Part shown: piece after piece, positions 38,778 through 48,799 of the stretch
How positions within the stretch are numbered: position 1 is the first letter of the stretch
Layout of the letters: each line of letters opens with the position of its first letter
Source of the DNA: an uncultured Bacilli bacterium
GTDB taxonomy: Bacteria; Bacillota_I; Bacilli_A; RFN20; CAG-288
Length of the DNA stretch: 64,000 bases
Assembly (NCBI GenBank): GCA_944349335.1
Contig: CALVMW010000001.1
Span: 615,671 to 679,670, forward strand
Direction of reading: 5' to 3'
Made by a program: the position numbers and the translations under genes
Notes under the pieces: generated by a model
The model's input: the letters and a program-made list of their open reading frames with translations, nothing else
Database searches by the model: none
Told to the model about the DNA's origin: nothing

Positions 38778-40493
38778 TTATTTTAACCTAATAAGAGATG
38801 AACTATACTCCTTTCCGAATATATCATTAACATTGATTGATACATAATTTGCCTTTTTAATTTCACTTCTTTTAATATTTTCACCTTTATAAACCATATC
38901 GTGATTATCAATATTGATTACATCCCCATAATTTAAGCTCTCCATATATTGTTCATTTTCTTCTAATATAGGAACAAATCCGATTATCTCATACACTCCA
39001 TTTAACTCATCATCTATAGCATATTCATAACTAAAATATAAATTACCTTCAACATCGTTAACTTCTACATTAGTCTTATATGTAATCTTAGCCGTATATG
39101 GATCAGTATCATCTTGAAATGAAGTTATTGAATAATTTAAAAGATAATCTCCTAAAGTCAATTCAAATAAAGCAGAATTATCTACAGAAATTATGGTATT
39201 CTTACTACTATCATCAAAAATAGAATTCAAGGAAACTTTATCTGATTTAATAACTTTTTTATCATTATCATAAAATACATATTCAAATATAGCTGCATAA
39301 GTAGGAGCTAATTCATCTAATGTAACTTTAATTATTTGATCTACTTCACCACGGGAAGTATTAAGAATATTTATATAATTCTTATTTTTCAAGTCATTAC
39401 GATGCTTTAAAAAAGAAAGATATTCTGGATAAAAACAACTGGAAGAATAATTGTTAATATCATTAGCTAAAAGTTCATCCTTATAAAAAATAGATAAACC
39501 TGAAGTATCAAATCTTGTTCCATGTATTTCATGAACTATAGCCTCTTTAAGTTTATTTTTTAAAAAATTACCTGAGGATGTCTCACTAAATAAATCAAAA
39601 ATATCTTTACCAAATGATCCAACATTATTTGTATTACTTACTCCCTTTAAAAAATCAGTAAATTCTTCGAGTGAACTATTATATAAAAGAGAAGCAAAAT
39701 ATTGATCAAAACTCTCCCTTACATCATTAAGAGCACTTAAATCAATGAGCGATAGAGTCAAAGTATCTTTTAAAGAACTATTTTCATATTTTCTTAAAGT
39801 ATCATCAATGATTTTGACTCCAATCTCCTCTATGCTTTCTGAATTATTATTAATAAAATAATTTATCATTGAAGTATAACTATAACCTAAAGAAGGAAAA
39901 ACATGCTCAGAAGCGATAGCATAATCAGCACTAGTTGAAACTGAAGTTAAAAGGTCAAGATTAGAAGTATAACAAGCATTAAAAATTAAAAGATCATAGA
40001 ATGAATCTTCTAAAGCTTCATGTATTTCTTCATAAGTTAAATAATCCTCATATAAAGAATCAATACATAAAGAATAAGTTGAACCATGTCCCCAAAACAA
40101 TAATACTTTTTTATCCGCTTTAATATCTTTAGAAAAAGAAACAAAATCTTTTAAGGTGCTCATTTCACCCATATTTGCTTTATAACTATCCAGCAAAATT
40201 AATTCATTTTCTACTTTAAATCGGGAAACTAAAGTAGAAATATTTTCATTTGACCAGGTTTTAGCGCCACCAGTTTCAAGATATATCTCAATATTATCAC
40301 TTTTTTCTATCGCTAATATTTCATTAATAACTTCACTAGCAGCCCCGACATTTTCTTCTAAATCTCCCCCGCACATATAAATGAAAAGAGCATAAGATTC
40401 ATTATTAAAAGTCATACTGCTAGTACTACTACAAGAAATTAATGAAAATAAAATAAGGAAAAAAGATAATATCTTATTGCTTAGTTTTTGCAT
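38778..40493 (-). CDS. Clostripain-like (peptidase family C11) lipoprotein
   Basis: Lipobox LISC at the signal peptide end. YMCGGDLE, catalytic-dyad-like FWGHGS and FNACYT motifs. 571 aa. Confidence 0.75.
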   Translation of the reverse strand: MQKLSNKILSFFLILFSLISCSSTSSMTFNNESYALFIYMCGGDLEENVGAASEVINEILAIEKSDNIEIYLETGGAKTWSNENISTLVSRFKVENELILLDSYKANMGEMSTLKDFVSFSKDIKADKKVLLFWGHGSTYSLCIDSLYEDYLTYEEIHEALEDSFYDLLIFNACYTSNLDLLTSVSTSADYAIASEHVFPSLGYSYTSMINYFINNNSESIEEIGVKIIDDTLRKYENSSLKDTLTLSLIDLSALNDVRESFDQYFASLLYNSSLEEFTDFLKGVSNTNNVGSFGKDIFDLFSETSSGNFLKNKLKEAIVHEIHGTRFDTSGLSIFYKDELLANDINNYSSSCFYPEYLSFLKHRNDLKNKNYINILNTSRGEVDQIIKVTLDELAPTYAAIFEYVFYDNDKKVIKSDKVSLNSIFDDSSKNTIISVDNSALFELTLGDYLLNYSITSFQDDTDPYTAKITYKTNVEVNDVEGNLYFSYEYAIDDELNGVYEIIGFVPILEENEQYMESLNYGDVINIDNHDMVYKGENIKRSEIKKANYVSINVNDIFGKEYSSSLIRLK

Positions 40494-41148
40494 AAAACCT
40501 CCTTGTTAATATAATTAAAATTATTCCAATAATAATAGAGATAAGAGCAAAAATATGAGATATAGAAAAAATAGAAAATAAATTTGTTCTCACCCTAAAA
40601 AACTCAATAATAAACCGCAATAGTCCATAAATCAAAAAGAAAAGATAAAAGCATTGACCTTGATATAATTTTTTATAATGAGTAAAAAAGATAAACAATG
40701 TAGCCATCAATAAACAAGAAACAGATTCAATAATCTGTGTTGGAATTTTAAAACCATCAATCGTAATTCCACCACAACAACCTGATATCCAGCAATCCAC
40801 TCTATAAAACCCGAGCATAATTAAGGAAGCGATAGTAATAAAAGAAGCGACATTAAGATAATCTTTTTTAAAAATAAGAGATACAATAAAAGCAGATAAT
40901 GGTAAAAAGAAGATTGCTCCAAATAACGAAAAACCGCTAAAAGTTAAACCATAATGAATTACAAAATCCAAATTTTCAAATATATATAATAGTTTTGCTC
41001 CAAGAGAAAGAATTATTAAATTAATAATTCCATAAAGAAATGCATATAACTGCTTTTCTTTAAAAAAAGGAGCATCAATTAGAAAATATATTTGTGAAAA
41101 AACAATACCTACAATCCAAAAGAAATAACCGGAAGTTATGATATCCAT
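40474..41148 (-). CDS. lgt: Prolipoprotein diacylglyceryl transferase (short variant)
   Basis: Polytopic 224-aa protein with the C-terminal Lgt signature LLRFIIEFFR and HYG. The central motif reads YRVDCWISGCCGG instead of GR.GNF.N.E. Confidence 0.65.
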   Translation of the reverse strand: MDIITSGYFFWIVGIVFSQIYFLIDAPFFKEKQLYAFLYGIINLIILSLGAKLLYIFENLDFVIHYGLTFSGFSLFGAIFFLPLSAFIVSLIFKKDYLNVASFITIASLIMLGFYRVDCWISGCCGGITIDGFKIPTQIIESVSCLLMATLFIFFTHYKKLYQGQCFYLFFLIYGLLRFIIEFFRVRTNLFSIFSISHIFALISIIIGIILIILTRRFYAKTKQ

Positions 41149-41153
41149 AACTA

Positions 41154-42995
41154 TTAGAATGAAAGCTTTGTTCGACTAATAGTACCTGTTTTTGGATTAT
41201 TAGATAAATCAGTAATCGAATAATATCTTATCGGACTATTATGAATACTAGCGTTCCAATTTATCAAATCTTGAGTGCCATATGTAATATTTCTAATATA
41301 ATCAGAAGCGCTATTTCCTATTCCTTCAAACAAATACCATCTTTCTTCAAACTTAGGTCCACAATTAGAATTGACAGAATGTTTTTCACAATAAAGAGAA
41401 TAATATACTTTATTATAATTATGAGACTTTACAAATTCAGAGATCTTCATATTAATATCAACACAAGTTACTGCAACACAATTTTTGAATTTTCTTCCGT
41501 TATTATAATAATCATCATAATTACCTAAACCTTTTTCAGCACCTAAAATAAGATAAGAAGATTGATTATTAGTTGGGAATAAGAAACCTTCATTACTTAA
41601 AAATTGCTTAAAAGTTAAATCATCATCTTGTAAAACATTGTAAATATCATCAACAAATTTATTGAAGTCCTCTTTAGTAATATTTCCAAAAGAATCATAT
41701 TTTATACTGATATCACCATTATCACTGATCTCAGAAACCGATAATATATCCTTAGCCCAAACAGTCTTTATTGTTTTATCAGCTGTTTGAGTATATGAAC
41801 CACCAGCATTTAAAGTGCGTTTACTAGAATCGATAGTAACTTTATCTAAACCATTTGTCGTAATAAAGTCATCATATAATTCACATATCTGATTATAGTC
41901 AGATAACATATTAGAAAAATTATTTGCTATTAAATAAGCGGTGCCGCTGATGTTATTTATCATCAAAGGCTCAGCCTCTACTAAGGTCGTATCTTTTATA
42001 AGATCACCATAATATTTTTCATATGTCTCTTTATCTGAACTATTATTATGGCAATTTCTATAGACTGTACTTACACCATCACTAGTATATTGATAACCGA
42101 TAACTGTTACAGCAGTATCTGAAAGTTCTTTAGTTTGAGAATCGATAGCTGGGGCAAAATAAATTTGATCGATTCCAAAATCATCTAGTTTCATAGAAAA
42201 ATCTAAAGAAGCTAGTTTAAGTCCCGAACTATAGGCAGTAAATGGAGCAGCGATAGCATCTGTAAATAAGGCTAATTGATTTTCTTTATAAACATTTTGA
42301 AGTTTAGCAAATCTATAAACAATTTCAAATATATTATCTCTAGCTAAACTAGCAATAGATGTTTGATCACCGACGATGCAATGAGCTAAATTTGTGAGAG
42401 AGGTATAAATTTCAGAAGCTGCTAAACCGCTAGGATTAATTTCAATTAATAAATCATCAATCTGACTTTCAATATTAGTGGCAGTTTTATCTTCAATATC
42501 TTTTTCTAAATCCATCAATAACTTATAAGGACCATCAATAAAATCAGCTAGCTCTGTATAAGTACTATAAAAATTAGTATATATATTGCGGTAATTTTCA
42601 TTTTCAAAACTAGAAGATAATCTATCAAGCTTTTTATTAATATCCTCTAATTCAGCATTAATATTAGATAAGGAATCTAAAACATTCTGCATGAATTGTT
42701 CTTCACTAACATAAGAGAAGCCTATCTTATCTAAAATATTTCCAATAACGCTTGAAACAATAGGAGAAACAACACTAGAAACACCAGATTCAATACCAGA
42801 ACTAACTGCACTAAGAGCAAAATCTAATAATTTTGAACCGATGCTAGCTAATCCGCCATCCATATCATATGAATCAGGTTCAACAACAACAGGAATACTA
42901 TCATTACTACTGCTGGTATCGCTACAACTAGTAAGACCAGTCGTGAGTAAAGTGAGGGTAGATAAAGTGAATAATAAAGCGGATTTTCTTTTCAT
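41154..42995 (-). CDS. Large surface lipoprotein of unknown function (613 aa)
   Basis: Signal peptide with lipobox LTSC followed by a Ser/Asp-rich linker. No recognisable catalytic motif. Confidence 0.7.
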   Translation of the reverse strand: MKRKSALLFTLSTLTLLTTGLTSCSDTSSSNDSIPVVVEPDSYDMDGGLASIGSKLLDFALSAVSSGIESGVSSVVSPIVSSVIGNILDKIGFSYVSEEQFMQNVLDSLSNINAELEDINKKLDRLSSSFENENYRNIYTNFYSTYTELADFIDGPYKLLMDLEKDIEDKTATNIESQIDDLLIEINPSGLAASEIYTSLTNLAHCIVGDQTSIASLARDNIFEIVYRFAKLQNVYKENQLALFTDAIAAPFTAYSSGLKLASLDFSMKLDDFGIDQIYFAPAIDSQTKELSDTAVTVIGYQYTSDGVSTVYRNCHNNSSDKETYEKYYGDLIKDTTLVEAEPLMINNISGTAYLIANNFSNMLSDYNQICELYDDFITTNGLDKVTIDSSKRTLNAGGSYTQTADKTIKTVWAKDILSVSEISDNGDISIKYDSFGNITKEDFNKFVDDIYNVLQDDDLTFKQFLSNEGFLFPTNNQSSYLILGAEKGLGNYDDYYNNGRKFKNCVAVTCVDINMKISEFVKSHNYNKVYYSLYCEKHSVNSNCGPKFEERWYLFEGIGNSASDYIRNITYGTQDLINWNASIHNSPIRYYSITDLSNNPKTGTISRTKLSF

Positions 42996-43285
42996 TTTTT
43001 TCTCCTTTAAGAAACTTGTTTTCTAATTTTATTATTTTAAAATACGATAAAAGATAACATTTTAAGATAAATATAGAGGATTAATATGTTGTCATCTAAA
43101 TTATCCTTTCTTCTATTATTATAAAAATAGAAAAGTCTATATAATTATAACTTTTTAAAACTAATATTTACAATCATAAACATAAACCTTTACATATAAT
43201 AATTATCAGCGATCACTTATCTCTTTTTCTCTCATACTTTAAAAAACAGACAGTTTTTTTTATAATAATTAAAGGAGGGTAAACA

Positions 43286-43930
43286 ATGGTTAAAACATTT
43301 TTATGCGATGAAACTAAACATGAATTTAGTGCAAATACTTATATTATCGGTAAAATTAATTCTTCTTGTTTAGTTATCGATATCGGTATGAGGGATGAAG
43401 CTATTTACGATTATATTGATTCTCACTATACCCGCTGCTTAGGTGTACTTTTAACACATGGACACTTTGACCATATTAGAGGTTTACCCGCATTTTTAAA
43501 ACATTATAAAGATACACCTGTCTACCTTCATCCAGAAGATGCCCATCTTTTATATGATTCTACAGCCAATGCCTCTTATTTAACTGGAGAATCTGTCTCG
43601 ATGAATTTACAAACAATCGATGTTAAAGATGGAGAGACTCTACACATCAAAGAAACTAATATTCGCGTTATTCACACTCCTTTCCACACAAAAGGAAGCG
43701 TCTGTTATCTATTTGAAGATGATAATGCTCTTTTTACTGGAGATACTTTATTTAAAAATGGCATCGGAAGATTCGATTTAGAAACTAGCGATGCCACTCA
43801 AATAATACCTTCTTTAAAAAAATTAGCAGGACTTAAAGATACTTTAGTCGTTTATCCTGGACATGGTTCTTATACAAGACTAGGCGAAGAAAAGCAAACC
43901 AATCCATATTTAGTTGAAGCTTCGTTATAA
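43286..43930 (+). CDS. MBL-fold metallo-hydrolase
   Basis: THGHFDH metal-binding motif. 214 aa. Confidence 0.85.
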   Translation: MVKTFLCDETKHEFSANTYIIGKINSSCLVIDIGMRDEAIYDYIDSHYTRCLGVLLTHGHFDHIRGLPAFLKHYKDTPVYLHPEDAHLLYDSTANASYLTGESVSMNLQTIDVKDGETLHIKETNIRVIHTPFHTKGSVCYLFEDDNALFTGDTLFKNGIGRFDLETSDATQIIPSLKKLAGLKDTLVVYPGHGSYTRLGEEKQTNPYLVEASL

Positions 43931-45526
43931 CTACTCCGCTTTGCCATCAATTAATTCAGTTAAGAATTTTATTTCTTCATCTTTCTTTAAACGAGGGAAG
44001 AGAGGTTTTATCTCTCCGATTTTTACATTAGAGAGGCATCCTATTTTATCAAGAGAATCAACTTTTCTAAATTCAACAGGAACATTCTCTTGATTTAAAG
44101 CTTCTTCAGTTTTAATAGGCATAATAGGTGATAAAAGAATACTTCCTATTCTAATGAGTTCACAAGCTGCATATAGCGACTCAGCTAAAATAGTTTTATC
44201 TTCTTTTTTGGCTTGATTCCATGGGGCGATTTCATCAAAATACTTATTACCTAAATCGATAAACTCCATAGCTTTTAAAGCACCTATTGTAATGTCATAT
44301 TGATCCATCGCAGCAAAATATTGATTGATTTTAATTTTTGCATCTTCATAAAGCTTAATAGTTAAAGGATCAACAGGCGTTTTATATTCAGGAATAACTC
44401 CATCAAAATAACGATTAACCATAGAAAGAGTACGATTAACAATATTGCCATAATTATTAGCAAGATCAGCATTCATCCTGTCAACAAATTGTAAGGGAGT
44501 AAAAGCTCCATCCTCACCTATCTGCATTTCTCTAACTAAATAATATCTTAATGCATCAGTTGAATATCTTTCAATTAAAGGATAGGGGGAAGGCGCGTTA
44601 CCTAATGACTTAGATAATTTAACACCCGATTTAGTAAGTAATAGTCCGTGAACTAAGATTTGATCAGGGCATCTTAAACCTAAAGCCATGAGTAAAATTG
44701 GCCAGTAAACAGTATGGAAACGATTGATATCACGACCAGCTAATTGAACAATCTCTGTATCATCAGACCAGAATTTTTTCATTAGTGAGTCATCTTCGCT
44801 CTTATAACCTAAAGCAGAAACATAATTTAAAAGAGCGTCAATCCAAACATAAATAACATGCTTTTCACTTTCTTTGATCGGAATACCCCAATCAAAAGAA
44901 GTTCTTGTAATACAAAGATCATCTAATCCAGGCTTAATAAAAGTATTAATGACTTCATTAAGTTTATCTTTTTTACAGAAATTTGGATGAGTATCATAGA
45001 AAGCTAAAAGCTTATCAACAAACTTTTTAAGATTAAAGAAAAAAGCATCTTCACTTTCCCAGCGGACAGGGCGATGACAATCAGGACAAAGATGATCTTC
45101 ACCGACTTGACTATCAGTAAAAAAAGATTCACAAGGGGTGCAATACCACCCTTCATACTTTCCTAAATAAATATCATCTTTATTTAATAATTCTGTAAAA
45201 ACTTTTTGAACACAAGAAATATGATAATCATCAGTAGTTCTTACATAATAATCATATGAAATCTCCATCGCTTCCCATACTTGTTTAAATGAAGCGGCTA
45301 TTTCATCTACATATGTTTTAGGATCTTTATGTGCAGCGATAGCATTCTTTTCAATTTTTTCGCCATGTTCATCCGAACCTGTCATAAACCTGACTTCATA
45401 GCCCATCATTCTCTTATAACGAGCAATAGTATCAGCGATGACTGTACAATAAGTGTGTCCGATATGAATATTTCCAGAAGCGTAATAAATCGGAGTTGTA
45501 ATATAAAAATATTTTTTCTTATCCAT
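43931..45526 (-). CDS. metG: Methionyl-tRNA synthetase (short form lacking the C-terminal tRNA-binding domain)
   Basis: HIGH-type motif (NIHIGHTYC), zinc knuckle CPDCHRP, KMSKS (VKLSKSLGN). 531 aa. Confidence 0.95.
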   Translation of the reverse strand: MDKKKYFYITTPIYYASGNIHIGHTYCTVIADTIARYKRMMGYEVRFMTGSDEHGEKIEKNAIAAHKDPKTYVDEIAASFKQVWEAMEISYDYYVRTTDDYHISCVQKVFTELLNKDDIYLGKYEGWYCTPCESFFTDSQVGEDHLCPDCHRPVRWESEDAFFFNLKKFVDKLLAFYDTHPNFCKKDKLNEVINTFIKPGLDDLCITRTSFDWGIPIKESEKHVIYVWIDALLNYVSALGYKSEDDSLMKKFWSDDTEIVQLAGRDINRFHTVYWPILLMALGLRCPDQILVHGLLLTKSGVKLSKSLGNAPSPYPLIERYSTDALRYYLVREMQIGEDGAFTPLQFVDRMNADLANNYGNIVNRTLSMVNRYFDGVIPEYKTPVDPLTIKLYEDAKIKINQYFAAMDQYDITIGALKAMEFIDLGNKYFDEIAPWNQAKKEDKTILAESLYAACELIRIGSILLSPIMPIKTEEALNQENVPVEFRKVDSLDKIGCLSNVKIGEIKPLFPRLKKDEEIKFLTELIDGKAE

Positions 45527-45649
45527 AGTTATCCTCTCAGGTTTATTATTACTTAAATATTATATACTTTTTTCCTCTTTTAGTATATTTTTGACTAAAT
45601 ATTAAAAGAAATACTATCCTCTAAAAAATTATTCTCTATAATTTATAAT

Positions 45650-46555
45650 GTGACAAGAATAAAACGTATCATCTCCAAAGTATTCTCTATTCCTATCTTT
45701 AATAGAATCATCGTAATAGTCGCCTTAGTCCTCTTTCTTATCATTCCTGTTGTTTCATTACAATTTACTTTTTTTATGCCTTACGCTTTAAATTCTTCTT
45801 ACCCTTCCCTTCTGATTATTGGTGCTATTTTAGGAATCGGGGCTGTCGCTTTATATAAGCCGACAAACATGACTTTATTTTTCTTTATTGAATTATTTTT
45901 TATCATGTTCTTTTTCCACGATTATATTCTTGATTTACCGGGAAAGATTATTTTTAATATCGAACCTATCTTTAACTTAGAATTAATATATTGCACGTTA
46001 GCTTTATTTATTTTCTTTATTCAAATGTTCTATGTTTATTTTTCAAAAAAGAATTTAAAAAAAACAATAAAAGAGGATGCAAACCACGATTCCATTTTTG
46101 AATTTTTATGCGCTTCTGATTCTAATAAGAAAATAGAAAAGAAAATTGAAAATATCGCTAAAGATTCTAAAATTGAATTATTAATAAAAAAGAAAACGAG
46201 CTTATCAAAAATATGTCGTTTTTTAACTTATATCCCTTTCTTAATATTTTCAGTAATTTCTCTAAGTCACTTAAATGAAGCTCTATTATATAGTAACTTA
46301 TTAACAACAAATATTATTACTAGTTTATTTATTGTAACAATATCTTTTATCTTCTCTTTTTTAGCTCCCAAAGATTTTAAATATGTCTTTTTCTTTAATA
46401 TCTATTTATTTACTGCTGGCAATATTATCATCAGTTATTATTTACAACATCTACCTTTTTTATTCATTATAATTTCAATCATCACTACTTTAAATCTGAT
46501 AATAACAATGATTCCCGAAGGAAGAAGATGGATGGGTGCAAAACTTGACGCTTAA
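45650..46555 (+). CDS. Hypothetical polytopic membrane protein
   Basis: 301 aa with at least 6 hydrophobic segments and no motif. Confidence 0.5.
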   Translation: MTRIKRIISKVFSIPIFNRIIVIVALVLFLIIPVVSLQFTFFMPYALNSSYPSLLIIGAILGIGAVALYKPTNMTLFFFIELFFIMFFFHDYILDLPGKIIFNIEPIFNLELIYCTLALFIFFIQMFYVYFSKKNLKKTIKEDANHDSIFEFLCASDSNKKIEKKIENIAKDSKIELLIKKKTSLSKICRFLTYIPFLIFSVISLSHLNEALLYSNLLTTNIITSLFIVTISFIFSFLAPKDFKYVFFFNIYLFTAGNIIISYYLQHLPFLFIIISIITTLNLIITMIPEGRRWMGAKLDA

Positions 46556-47346
46556 AATTGAATCTTTAAATATCTATTCTTATTTTCCCAATCTTTAATA
46601 AAACTTAAACTTATCGGATTTAACATCTTTTCAGCAAGAATATAAACATTCTCTGCATTTGTACTTTCTAATTCAAAATATGCTTCACCACCTCTTAAAA
46701 TATGCTTTTCTAAATCAGTAAATATTTCTTTATAAGATGAAAGTCCATCTTTTCCAGCATAAAGAGCTAGTTTAGGCTCAAAAGGAGCAAAAACATCAAG
46801 ATTATCTTCTTCAATATAAGGAGGATTAGAAATTATTAAAGAATATTTTTTATCAATATTTTTTAAGTAATCAGATTGAATAAATTCAATTTTAGTGTTA
46901 TTGGTTTTCGCATTCATTTCTGCAATATTTAAAGCAGAAATAGAAATATCACTAGCTGATATCAACGCGTTAGGGAATTTCTTTTTTAAAAGTATAGCGA
47001 TGAAACCAGAACCAGTACAAAGATCTAAAACAGTTTTACCATTCAAATCTTTTTTGTTTACTATCTCTTCTATCAGAAAATTTTCTGTTTCTACTCTTGG
47101 AATTAAAACATTTTCATCAACATACAAGTCTATATCTTGAACTTTAACATGCTTTACTAAATAAGCGATAGGATAATTTATTTTTATCGCTTCTAAAACT
47201 TTATTAACTAATTCATCATCAATATTGAAAGATGAAGTATAAATCTTGTCAAAATCGCATTTAAAAAACTCATTAAAAATTATTTTAATATCAGCCAAAG
47301 GAACCTTTTCTTTAATTAATCTATAAAATATTTCTTCAGCCTTCAT
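46552..47346 (-). CDS. prmC: Release-factor glutamine N5-methyltransferase PrmC (HemK)
   Basis: NPPY motif (IISNPPYIEE) and SAM-binding VLDLCTGSG. Directly downstream of prfA. Confidence 0.9.
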   Translation of the reverse strand: MKAEEIFYRLIKEKVPLADIKIIFNEFFKCDFDKIYTSSFNIDDELVNKVLEAIKINYPIAYLVKHVKVQDIDLYVDENVLIPRVETENFLIEEIVNKKDLNGKTVLDLCTGSGFIAILLKKKFPNALISASDISISALNIAEMNAKTNNTKIEFIQSDYLKNIDKKYSLIISNPPYIEEDNLDVFAPFEPKLALYAGKDGLSSYKEIFTDLEKHILRGGEAYFELESTNAENVYILAEKMLNPISLSFIKDWENKNRYLKIQF

Positions 47347-48436
47347 CCTTCATCTTTTCTTTTAGTTTTTCTGTTTCTTCTTTAATTAAATCAGCTTGAT
47401 TAGCTTCATTTAAAGCAGACAATAACTCATCTAAATCACCATCCATAAACTTAGGTAAGTTAAGCATTGTATAACCTATTCTATGATCAGTAACACGATT
47501 TTGTGGATAGTTATAGGTTCTTATTCTTTCATTTCTTTCACCTGTACCAACTTTAAGGCGTCTTTCAGAGCCTAATTTTTCTTCTTGTTCAGTATCATAC
47601 TTGTTTTGTAATTTAGCTTTTAACATCTCCATCGCAAGTTCTTTATTCTGCATCTGAGATCTTTCAACCTGGCAAGAAACAACAATTCCTGTAGGTTTAT
47701 GAGTAATACGAACAGCAGATTCTGTCTTATTAACATTTTGACCACCAGCACCTGAGGAATGATAAGTGTCAATCTGTAAATCAGCGGGATTGATAACAAT
47801 ATCTATCGTTTGTTTTTCAGGCATAACTAAAACTGTTGCCGTTGAAGTTTGAATACGTCCGTTCGCTTCAGTAACAGGAACTCTTTGAACACGATGAGCA
47901 CCAGATTCAAACTTTAATTTAGAATAAACGCCTTTTCCAATAATTTTAAAAGATACAAGAGAATAACCACCTAAAGCTGTCGGTTGAGAATCAAGTATTT
48001 TAATTTTCCAACCTTGTTTATCCGCATAATGAGAATACATTCTAAAAAGATCACCAGCAAAAATATTAGCTTCATCTCCGCCAGCAGCTCCTCTAATTTC
48101 CATAATAATATTACGTGAATCATTTTCATCTTTAGGAAGAAGAGCAATCTCTAATTGTTTTCTTTTCTCTTCAATCTTTTTAGATAATTCTTCATATTCA
48201 CTTTTAGCAAGCTTACGAATCTCTTCATCTTCATCCTTCATCATTTCTAATGAATCTTTTTGATTTTCTTCAGCTTTAACTATTTCACCATATATTTCTA
48301 CCGGCTCTTCTAAAGCTGCTCTTTCTTTTGAAAGGCTTGCAACCATCTTATTATCTTGAATGCCATTAGATAATATACGATCAATATCCTCTAATCTTTC
48401 TTTCATCGCTTTTACGCGTTCAATCATATAATCCAT
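47336..48436 (-). CDS. prfA: Peptide chain release factor 1
   Basis: GGQ motif (SSGAGGQNVNK), no SPF motif, prmC neighbour. 366 aa. Confidence 0.93.
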   Translation of the reverse strand: MDYMIERVKAMKERLEDIDRILSNGIQDNKMVASLSKERAALEEPVEIYGEIVKAEENQKDSLEMMKDEDEEIRKLAKSEYEELSKKIEEKRKQLEIALLPKDENDSRNIIMEIRGAAGGDEANIFAGDLFRMYSHYADKQGWKIKILDSQPTALGGYSLVSFKIIGKGVYSKLKFESGAHRVQRVPVTEANGRIQTSTATVLVMPEKQTIDIVINPADLQIDTYHSSGAGGQNVNKTESAVRITHKPTGIVVSCQVERSQMQNKELAMEMLKAKLQNKYDTEQEEKLGSERRLKVGTGERNERIRTYNYPQNRVTDHRIGYTMLNLPKFMDGDLDELLSALNEANQADLIKEETEKLKEKMKDEG

Positions 48437-48799
48437 ATCAATTCACCTTTAAATAACTTTATGATTTTATCATATTCTTTAAAGTAATGGGATATTAGGA
48501 TATATATATCCTATTCATTCAAACAAAAAAATTTACAATTATTTTTATTTAAAAAATAAAATAAAAAATTCATTTTTAATTATCTTAATAATTACCTAAT
48601 AAAGGGAGTATTTAAAAGTAACAATTTAACCAACTTTATAAAGCATAAATCTATACAGGTCAATTTTGAAGAGCATCTGCCTTTTTTTTAATTCTTGATT
48701 GTTCTATAATTTTAAACGTTCAAAAAGTTAAATGTGATATCGAGAAGATTCATGTAATTGCTTTTATAACCCTTAAATATCGAAAAAGGAGATAAAACG

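Noticed and set aside
47336-48436. Possible RF2 with programmed +1 frameshift
   Set aside because: The protein lacks SPF, has an RF1-type tripeptide region and sits next to prmC. Uninterrupted ORF; no frameshift.
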